Positions 1 to 9,579 of a stretch of DNA of 64,000 nucleotides are shown piece by piece. The DNA comes from Macrostomum lignano (taxonomy: Eukaryota). The stretch spans positions 1-64,000 of the forward strand of contig NIVC01001181.1 of NCBI GenBank assembly GCA_002269645.1. The letters run 5' to 3'. Position numbers and translations under genes: made by a program. How positions within the stretch are numbered: the first letter of the stretch is position 1; each line of letters begins with the position of its first letter. Under the pieces are notes generated by a model. The model was not told the DNA's origin, made no database searches, and worked only from the letters and a program-made list of their open reading frames with translations.

Positions 1-59
1 GCAGAAACGACTATAAAAGCAAGAGTGCAAAAACAGGAAACACCAATGAAACACCTCAT
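1..59 (-). CDS. 5' end of a probable secreted/ER protein (signal peptide only; gene continues beyond the window's left edge)
   Basis: Minus strand from ATG at 59 reads MRCFIGVSCFCTLAFIVVSA to the window edge: basic residue at position 2, hydrophobic core, small residues at the end. Only 20 codons are visible. Confidence 0.45.
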   Translation of the reverse strand, partial: MRCFIGVSCFCTLAFIVVS

Positions 60-429
60 TAACAAATAAAATTAACGATCTTTTTAAAAAAATCTGCGAC
101 ACTAAGTAGACATACTTTACGTAACTTACAGTGTAGCGTTTATTCAGTTAATTCAACGGAAGATTTTATGTTTCATAGACTTCTGAATTCAATAACAACT
201 GACTCGTTTTGTTAAGCCAAGCACCTTTAAAGGAAAGTGCAGTAAGCAAGTGAAGCAACTTAAGAACGACAATAGTAATCAGTTCAGTATGCTTAGGCAT
301 GATAAATTATGAGATGATGTAAAATAAACTGGGTCAGAGAGAAATTATGAAAGATATAATATTAAAACGTCTGGGTCAACAGTGCGGTTTAACAGTCGTT
401 GAAAACTGGTACTAATAGATTACGTTTTT

Positions 430-577
430 CACGTGATTTGTTTCAAACCGTTAGCTAATCAACCACCATAGTTAGCTAGATCAAATCAACCACGTCATTA
501 GTTGAAAATCGCTGCCAATCAGAATCAACCACGTTATTTAGTTGAAAATCGCTAGCCAATCAAAATTAACCACGTCA
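430..577. promoter_or_regulatory. Cluster of ER-stress-element-like motifs (ERSE/UPRE) plus an E-box in a short ~41-bp degenerate repeat
   Basis: CCAAT-cagaatcaa-CCACG at 515-533 and CCAAT-caaaattaa-CCACG at 556-574 (both exactly N9). CCACGTCA (TGACGTGG on minus) at 490-497 and 570-577. TCACGTGA at 429-436. Confidence 0.5.
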
Positions 578-829
578 TTTTAATTAAAAATTGCTAGTCA
601 ATTACAAGAATAGAATCTAGAGCCAATTAGCGCAGTCTTACACTATTAATACGAAGTATATAAGACAACTAATTTTCTTTAAACAACTGGACCTTTTTAT
701 TAAGCAGCAGACCCCACAGCATCCCTCAGAAAGAAGATAATTTCACGCACAAAAACCAGGCACAATATTGTTACTGACTTAGCAACCAAAGAAGGCAACC
801 AGCAAAAAGTAGTTAAGCTTGGCTATAGC

Positions 830-1787
830 CTAAGCATCATCATCATCGTTATAGCACTTGAAATTTTTGCAAATAGCGCTTTCAGACTTGGACGGGTCTT
901 CGTCAAACTGGGCGGCTGTCCTAGTCCCAGCCTCCGACTCTTCATCTTCGAAGTCGACTTTAAAATTCGCCGACAACAAACAAGCGGCAGGAGCAGCATC
1001 ATCAACAGTTGCTAAGCCTAATTGTTGGCGAAGTTGGGCATTTCTCTTTTCGCAAATTGCTCGACTTGGACTCCAACTGGTCTAATCGAGCTCTCAAACA
1101 GTCTCGCTCGCTAGTCAACCTATCGCCCTCGCGTCTGACTTTATCGAAATAGCAACAGCTCGATCTAGTACAGCGCTTTTAGGCGCGCAACAGTTAGTTG
1201 AGGCCCCATTGGAGGTGCCACTGCCAGCCATTTGGCCATTGCTGATTGGCGGCATCAGCTCGGCTAGTTGGCCGATCAGAGCATTGATTTTATCTCGACG
1301 TCGACGTTCAACTTCGTTGTGACTTAGTCGACGATCTACTGCCGCCGCGACTGCGGCTGAAGTAGTCGAGGATGGCGCCAGGAAGGAACGACTAACAGTG
1401 GTGGCGGCGGTGCTGGCCGTGGCGGCAGCCATTGTTGCTAAGCTGCCGGCGTGGCTAGAGTTTTGCGAGCTCGTTTAACACTAGACTTGGGCGTGGGTGC
1501 AGCCTCTAATGGAGGCGGAGGCGGCGCAGGAATTGAGCAAATGACGATGCTTGCTGCTGCTGCTGCTGCTGCTGCTGAGGCAAAATCACAACATAGATAT
1601 CGCCATCAGCTCCTTGCACTAATTGGCCAGTGGTAAGCAAGCTGGTATGACGCCGCTGACCAACAGGATTGAATGGCAATGCTGGCATTGCTGTTGCCGA
1701 TCCTGATGGCAAACTGAGGTTGCTGCCGCCACTGCTGCCACCAATAAAAGCCTGCTCTTGCTGCATTAGATTTTTTATCGAAATCAT
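830..1787 (-). CDS. USF-like bHLH-leucine zipper transcription factor, intronless, with ~4 single-base frameshifts (assembly error or pseudogene)
   Basis: RRLSHNEVERRRRDKINALIGQLAELMP resembles the USF basic/helix 1 (RRAQHNEVERRRRDKIN). Helix 2 is KSAVLDRAV. After a frameshift near 1152 it continues YFDKVRREGDRLTSERDCLRARLDQLESKSSNLRK, then after another ENAQLRQQLG (zipper), to an acidic tail ending in TAG at 832-830. N-terminal polyQ and Pro-rich segments lie in other frames. AATAAA on minus at 701-696. Confidence 0.75.
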
Positions 1788-2340
1788 TGTTGATTTATGG
1801 TAAATTGATCGACTTGAAACATATAGACCTTATCATTTTTAGTATATAGAATGAGTATTTTTAGTATCTAGATATTTAGATATCTTTAGAGTCTATTTAG
1901 ATATCTCTATCTATCTGTCATCTGTCATCTCGAGATCAATCAGTTGATTGTGAGGTCATGCAGTCAATCTTGAATATTAAAAAATATTAAGCATCTGTTA
2001 TAAAAAAATTAAAACTATTTATATATAGTTATATAATATACTTTTAGAAACTTTTAGACCTTATCATTTTAGGAGATGACATATAATCATAGTCTTTGTA
2101 ATCATATATATATATATATATCTAGATATCTATCTATCTATCTGTCATCTATCTATCTATTAACTGATTGATCTCGAGTAATTAATTGATTTCATGAGCA
2201 ATTAACTGACTTCATGAGCAATTAAATTCTTTTGTAAACAATATAATATTTATTTATTGGCTATTTAGGTGTAATTTTTATGCTATTTAATAACTATATA
2301 AAAGCTTAAAAAATTAATATTAAATAAATAATAATTGATT

Positions 2341-2618
2341 ATACATATCCCAATGGCCAGATGGGCAATCAATGGCTTAGCTATTATGCAGTGTATCTAA
2401 AGGCTGTATATGGCTTTTCAGTCCAAAGACTAGGTGGTTGGCACTCAGCCTCAATTATACTAGCTAATGCTAATACCAATTTTATAGTTGGATGAACTAA
2501 ACTTAAAGCAATGCAAAGTTAAGTGCTTGCTCAAGGATACAAATTATTCTAATATTGATTAGGAATTCAATCTCCAACCTTCAATTGTAAGTCCAATGCT
2601 CTAATCATTAGGCTATAA
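2341..2618 (-). mobile_element. Decayed tRNA-derived SINE
   Basis: Minus strand reads TAGCCTAATGATTAGAGCATTGGACTTACAATTGAAGGTTGGAGATTGAATTCC (A-box/B-box-like tRNA head), then TTGTATCCTTGAGCAAGCACTTAAC, which resembles the post-tRNA segment common in metazoan SINE2 families. Strongly shifted toward A/T. Recognised from memory of SINE consensus shape. Confidence 0.55.
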
Positions 2619-3607
2619 CCCTTGCTTGTTAGGCTTGGAAATTAACAAATAAGAATAGTATTATATATACATATTAATTGATCTTATATAATAAAATATT
2701 GGCTAATAATAATACAAATAATAATAATAATATTAGGCCTAACTTAAAACCTTGGATTATTGTCTAGGCCCCTAAATATTGAAAAATTATAATTAAGCAA
2801 GTCAATTAAATTATATTTTATAATTTGATATAAAAAAATCTCTTTATTTAATTTAAAATGGGCTAAAGCTTTGACTAAACATCTAATTTTGATGGTTTTA
2901 CTTTGAAGTTTAGGCTTTGATAAGATATTTGATTGATAAATATGGGTGCCAATTGTTTTGGTTGTTTACAATATAGCTAGGCCTATATTAAAATGTGTAT
3001 ATATAGCTCCAACTCTATAAGTAAGATAGATTAATTTAATACTAAATAAATAATAATCATGTAATATAATATAGTCTATAGGGTCCAAGGGCAAGGCTCA
3101 CCCTAAAGCAAAACATAAGATAATAATAATAAGGAAAGGGTTTTATAGGTTTAGATTATATTATATATTTCACTTTAGTCATTAATCAGAATTTTATTAG
3201 ATATACCTGGCTAACATAGTATTATAGCTTAGGCCTATGCAACTATGGCTGTGGCTCTGGAAATTAGTCTATAAAAAAGCTAGGCCTAGCTAACAACAAA
3301 GAATTTTTAACAAGCCCTTAGGCCTTACAGCCTTCTTAAGTTTAGTGGTTGCCTAACTAAAGTTGTCGAAATAATTATCCCAGGCATAGTGGTAAAAATA
3401 AATAAAATTAGACCAAAAAGCTAAATAGGTCTAGCAATCAGTAAACATAATGTGGAGCCAAATTTAGCGAATAGACTTCTTTTCATAAATGCTTTTGTGA
3501 AAAATTCACGACAATATCTGATACTTAGCTAAATTTAAAAATTTGAAAATTCAGTTCATGTGTACTTTAATTAGGAACGTATATTTTAGATTATTATTAC
3601 TTCCAGG

Positions 3608-3740
3608 CACAGACCAATAAGTGTAACTTTATACTTATCTTAGTATAACTTATATCTTATATCTTAGTACCAATAAGTATAAATTTATACTTATTATACT
3701 TATACTTATCTTAGTATAAGTTATACTTAATTGGTCTGTG
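3608..3740. mobile_element. 133-bp MITE (non-autonomous TIR element) with 8-bp TSD; hAT- or P-like
   Basis: Termini CACAGACCAAT...ATTGGTCTGTG (11 bp perfect, ~22 bp imperfect). Direct repeat CTTCCAGG at 3600-3607 and 3741-3748. Internal TATACTTATCTTAG repeats. Confidence 0.8.
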
Positions 3741-4380
3741 CTTCCAGGCCAGTTCGGAAACAAAAAACAGAAATCTAAAAAAGCAATACATTTGTATAAC
3801 GCTATCTTATAACAAAGCTGCTCTTCGGTAAGGGACTTACACTTAGTTATTTATTTTAGGAAGGCTTGATGCAAGTTTAAAACTTTACAAACTTTGTTTA
3901 ACTATGAGAAGGCGATAATCGAAATGTTTAGTGGTCGAATTTCTAAAAGTCTTCGTGTTTCACGTATTAAACATTCGCCGACACTTATACAGAATATTGT
4001 TGTTCACCATACCACTTCAACTGACCCAACACGTGGATAGTATCATAGTATAGTGAATACCTATACCGATTAAATTAAAGATATTTGATCTATAGTATTT
4101 AAAAGAAGAATAAACAGTTATGCCTTTCCAACTTCCAAGTTCTAATCGATTCCAATCGGAATGATTTTCATTTCCAAGTTCTACGAGATTGATGCCAACA
4201 GTTTAAAAATGATAAGTGATATGTACAGTTTTAAATGATTCAACACTGCTGGTCGATCCAGTAATGGGATCCGATAAAGAAAATCGGCCACTTAGACTTA
4301 GCTGCAGGGGGCTCCGCGCGTCCGGAAACAGCGAGGAGGCGTTGCCGCCCATTTCGCTAACCCCTGGCGACCACGGGCAG

Positions 4381-7300
4381 CTAGTGCTGCGGTGTCGCGC
4401 AGGGAGTTCCGGTGGTGCCGGCGTCCGCAGCGCGGGCCCCCTCCGGAGAGTCCAGGAGGTGGATGTTCGCTCGCCGGTAGCCCTTACCAGTAGGTAGCGG
4501 ACGAGCTGGCAGAGATTCTCGGGCCTGAAAACGTCGGAGAGGTCCGGGTTTGGGCCGAGGTAGGTGAGCCTGTCCTGAGTAAAGGCGGGGCATTCACAGA
4601 TAAAGTGCTCCGCATTCTCGACACCGGAGAGGCAGAAAGGGCATTCCTCACTACGGATTTTCTCCTGGAGGTAACGATGCCTGGCAAAGCAGCCATGACC
4701 CGAGAGGGCCATGGTCACCGCCCTGATGTCCCTGCGGTTAAGTCCAAGCAGGGCCCTGCGTAGGGCGGAGGAGGGACAGGGGACAGCCGCGCGGGATTGC
4801 CGGCAGTCGGGGGCGTTAGCCCACCTCTCCCTGTGCTTAGAAGCCACCCACTAGTTGATCCGAGTGGTGACAACGGCGATGGGGGTGGGGCCACGGGCAG
4901 GGGACCAGTGAAAGAACCGGTCGAGCCAGCCTTGGCCAGGCGATCGGCCAGCTCGTTGCCGGGGTGGCCCGAATGCCCGGGGATCCACCTTAGGGACACC
5001 TTGTTGGAGGCGCTTAAGCGGTTGAGCTGCCCGATGCAGTCGAGGACTGTACGCGAGCAGGTGGTGGTGCGCTCAAGGGCGTGAATCGCCGCTTGACTGT
5101 CCGAGTGGAGGGTAATTTCCTTCCCCCAGACGCGCTGATTGTACAGCTCCATGGCGCAGGAGCTGATGGCGAGAACTTCGTTCTGGAAGACGGTGGAGCA
5201 GGTGCCGGTGTGTTGGGAGAAGGTCGCCACAGTTCTCCCTCCAGACACGATGCAGTAGCCGTATCCAGAGGCGGAGTTGATTTGGGACCCGTCAGTGAAG
5301 CAGTGGATTTCATGGGGTTTCCAGTTGTCTCTCGCTTCATGGCGTGGTGGAATGCTGGTTTTGAATTTGAGCCGGGGGCAGAGCGTGGACGGGATTCCGT
5401 CCGAGAGGGTCAGCAGGCCTCTCGCTGCTTCCAGGTCTCGCAGGCTGAGGTCGCCATGCGGCCGGAGGTTCCGCTTTCTGAAGGCAAACTGCTTCTGGAT
5501 TTGGACACCCGCGTCAAGCAGACGACGGGTGGTTTTCATTGCCTCCCCTCTAACAAAGAGGTTGAGGGGGGAATGTCCAAGAAGGAGTTCATGCCAGCGA
5601 AGGGCGTAGAGGGAGCCGCGCTCATGATAGCTCGACAAGCGCGGCCTTGCACCCTATTTAAAACCTCAAGAACCCCTTTCACCTCTAGGGCACTGTTCCA
5701 AATGAAGCCGGCGAAGGAGATGGCCGGTCTAACAATGGCAGTGTAAATCCACCAGAGGCGGCGGGGGTGAGGCCCCAGGTAGCACCGAAAGCTCTGCGGA
5801 TCTGCGCGAGAGTCGCGAGAGCTTTGCGGGCTTTCGTTTGGACGTGCGGGGTCCAGCTCAACCTGTGGTCGAGGGTGACGCCCAGACATCTAGTTTGTTT
5901 CTCCATGGCAACAGGTTTGCCATACAGGGAGAGCGGTTCGATCCTCCAGTTTCGGCGGCTGGTGAACATGATAGCCACGGTTTTAGACTCAGAGAACCTG
6001 AGGCCGCAGCTATGTGCCCAGCGCTCGGTACGGTGAATGAAGGCTTGAAGGAGGTCCCTGAGGACCGCGGGCGATGGTCCAGCCACAGTGGCGGTAACAT
6101 CGTCCGCGTAGCCGACCTTCTGAACAGGGTCCGGATGCGGGCTGCAAAGCAGCTCGTCCATGACTAAGTTCCAGAGGATCGGGCTGAGGACTCCACCTTG
6201 CGGTCCGCCCTTCTGGACTTCCACGGAGCGTGAGTGTCCCAGGAGGTGCGAGGTGGCAGTACGATGGGAGACCATGTACATGATCCAGCGGGTGAGGTGC
6301 TCGTGCGTGCCCCGGGATTCCAGGGCTCGCTTAAAGGCTTCAAAGAGCACATTGTTGAAAGCACCATCAATGTCGAGGAAAAGCGACAGCGCGTATCCAC
6401 TGCCAAGCACGGCGCGCTCCAGCTTGTCGACAATGGCGTGCAGCGCACTTTCGATGGAACGTCCAGGACGAAAGGCGTGCTGATTAGGGGAGAGCGGGGA
6501 GTTCCTCAGCTCAACGAGGAGAAGGCGCCAGAGCACCAGCCGTTCCATCAGTTTGAGGAAGAAGGACGTCAGACTGATAGGGCGGTAAGCTTTGGCGGAG
6601 TGATAGTCTCCCTTTCCTGGCTTGGGTATGAAGACTACCGTAGCCTCTTGCCAGGCTTTTGGCACATACCCGAGGGTAATGCTGGCCTTGAAGAGGTTGC
6701 AGAGGAGGCCGAGAAACCTGTCATTTTTAACTGCCTCATGAAGGAAGGCAGGATAAATGTTGTCAGGACCCGGGGACTTGAAAGGAGAGAAGGATTTTGC
6801 GGCGCGAGCCGTCCTCTCTCTGGTAATGATGGTCGAAGCCAGGATCTGTCCGCCCGGAGAGTGGTCCGGTGGGCCTAGCTGCGGTGCGGCACGTAGGAAA
6901 GAGCTGGTGAGCATAATGTCCAGCGATTCCCCAGGGTTCTCAGCGAGCCGGCCGTCCGGTCTTTTAATAACTGAGAGCTTTGACATTTTGTCGAGGGTGA
7001 GAGCCTTAACTACGCGCGAAGTAGGGCGGGTGCCTTCTAACTCCGCGCAGTATTGGCGCCATTTGTCGGACTTGGCTTTCCTGGTTTCACGCTTAAAGTC
7101 GCGGATCGCTTCTTGATAGGCGGCCAGGTCAGCTGGGTCCTTGCTCTTGCGAGCTTTCCGTTGGAGGCACTTTGCCTTGCGCCGGAGGGATCCGAGCGGG
7201 TGCCACCAGGGGGGCGGATTTTTTGCCTTTGTAGGCTTTAAGAGGACAGGAAGCCTCATGGGCTGTCAGGACGGTCTTGCTGAGCAAGTCTGCAAGGTCA

Positions 7301-8128
7301 TCCACTTCCTGACAGGTGGTTGGAGCGACGGTAGTCAGCTGATCTGTCTGGCATTTCAGGGTTTCCGTGAAAGCCGTCCAGTCAGTGTTCCAGACGTTCC
7401 TTTTCCACAGAATGTGAGGCTTGGGGCAAGAGGATTGCAATCGAAAACGAACGAAGCGATGGTCAGACAGAGACTCCTCTTCGTCCCAAACTTCCCAGTC
7501 CTTGACTAAAGGAGCCAGGCCATGGGAGACGAGGGTAACGTCGAGGGCCTCCGTCCATCGCCCGTTGTCAAAGGTGGGGGTTCCACCAATGTTGCAAAAC
7601 TCAGTGTTGGTGGTGCAGATGTAAGCAAGGAGTTCCTCGCCTCTGCTATTGGAAGTATTACTGCCCCAGTGGGTGTGGTGAGCGTTGATGTCGCCCGCCA
7701 CCAGCAGCTCGAACCTACGGTTAGAGCAGTAGTCCACGAGGGAGGTGAGGTTAGGTGGAACCGCGGGGCCATCGCCAGGGATATAGATCGAGGCGATGAT
7801 GACCGTGCGGTTGGTGATAATGTGGTTGGACTGAATGACACAGAGGTCTCTGTCAGAGAGGTCCGGTCTGTGCCAAGCTTTGAGGTGGGTAGAACGAAAA
7901 TGGCTGCTCTGGGGTTTTGGGGTCTTGAAAACAGTCAAAACCAGCAGGAATATTCGGAATCTTACCTTTCTTTGTCCAGGGCTCCTGGAGTAGGATGATG
8001 CCCGGTTTCGCAAAGTTTGCCACCCGCATCAGGTTGGTCGAGGCCGCGATGCAGTGGTGCAGGTTAAGCTGCAGGATGTCCACTCCGGGAATTCCACGAG
8101 TGGTCCGCGCAGCTTCCTGCCGGCTCAA
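4381..8128 (-). CDS. LINE ORF2: AP endonuclease - reverse transcriptase - RNase H - CCHC finger (split over ~6 frames by indels)
   Basis: APE: [28 protein letters not shown]: [25 protein letters not shown]. RNase H: [31 protein letters not shown]: [14 protein letters not shown]. The exact stop is uncertain. Confidence 0.9.
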
Positions 8129-9579
8129 GGCGAGTTGTGCAGGAGAGCTGCCTCTTCTGCCTCGCCGATAGCTCCAGGCTCCAGCTCCATGGGCTCCTCC
8201 CGGATGGATTCCATGGTCGAGGGCGATGTCGCTACCTGGGCGGCATTCTCGCTCTCGGCCCGGTTTTCCGGGGGAGTCACAGTGGTGACACTGGGCTGGG
8301 GGTGGCTGCGGTTGGGGGCCTTGGCGGTGTCCAGCAGCTGCTTCGCGCGCTGAGTCAGACCAGAGCGGATAGTGTTCCGGGCGGGTTTCCGGCCCTTTCC
8401 ACGTTCGCCTGTTGCTGCAGCTTTCGCGGCTTTCCCTCTGACAGGGTCCACGTCCTCGGAGGGGTCGTGACGGCCGGGAGCTTCTTTTCCTGGGCGTTTC
8501 CGCCCGGCAGAGCCCCCGACTGCCCGCTTACGCTTCTCCGGGGGCGGTGGGCGGGTGGCGTCAGACTCGAAGCTAAAGAGCTGAATCTGCAACAGCCCGA
8601 CAGAGATGATGGACATGTCCGGGTAGCGGAGCATCCAGCTATCCGACAGTCCAAGAATAGCCGTGAAACCGTCTCCGCCCGGCTTGGAGATGGTCTCGTG
8701 AACTACGACACCATTGGCCGGTAGCTCCGGGTTGGAAGCCACTAGCAGGTGACGCAGCTCGTCGGCCTTGGTGATGCAGCTGCGAGCCGGAATCCAGGCA
8801 CGGTGCCGGTGTGTCCGGGGTCGCTCGTCCTCCCTGTAGATGAACAGGTTCTCCAGCTCCGTACCCCAGTCGAAGTTTCGAGCTGCTGTCCTGACTGGCT
8901 GTCGGCGGGCTGGATATAGAGGGCTTGGCCTCGACTTTCGTCTTTTGGACTCGAATGATGGTGCCGCTCAAGGCCATCTTGACCAGGTGGGAGTCCAACC
9001 TGCGCCAGATAAGGTGGAGCTGTTCGGCCGTAAGAGGCGTCTCCTGGCCTTGGATAACCAGGGCCGGCTGCCTCTTGGCCATAGCCGCGTAGGTTCGCTT
9101 CGGCTTTGTGGTTTGGCCAGCGCCCCCCGCTTTGGATCCCTCCACAGCCGTGGGAGCTTCCACACGGGCAGAGGTCCGGTCACGGGAGGGGCCAGCCGCA
9201 CCAGGAGATTCGGCGGCACCTGACGCATCAGACCGGCGCGCGGGGTCCACCCCCTTGTCGGATGTCGGCTCCTCCGCGGGGTTCGCAGAGTTACTGGCAC
9301 CCTCCTCAGAGGTGGCCGGAGGGGCGGCTTTCGCATTCCTCCGTTCCTCTGCTTTGCGCTGGAGAAAGGCTTTGTACCGAGCAATGCTACGGGCCTTCTT
9401 TTTCGAAATCTGAGGTCCGCTGTCTTGTCCAGCCACTCCGGTATTATCCTGAGCGGCGCAGCGGCAGATTGAGAGGCACCGGGGGTTCCGGTGTTGCGAA
9501 TGTCCGGCTGAGCCGCGGTGCCAACCTCGGTTGGTGCTCCAGCAGCATCGGTCGTGTTAGGTGTAAATAAATACTCCAT
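8125..9579 (-). CDS. LINE ORF1 (frameshifted), basic low-complexity ends with a central domain resembling LOA-type ORF1
   Basis: Pieces in ORFs 8968-9579, 8639-9436 and 8125-8742 (KRTYAAMAK...; ...HRAWIPARSCITKADELRHLLVASNPELPANGVVVHE...) join into one ORF immediately upstream of ORF2. The stop TGA at 8127-8125 overlaps the start of the ORF2 frame. Confidence 0.7.

Noticed and set aside
4203-4380. C-terminal part of ORF 4203-4847
   Set aside because: It runs through the LINE tail and TSD into flanking DNA, so it is a frameshift artefact and not part of ORF2.
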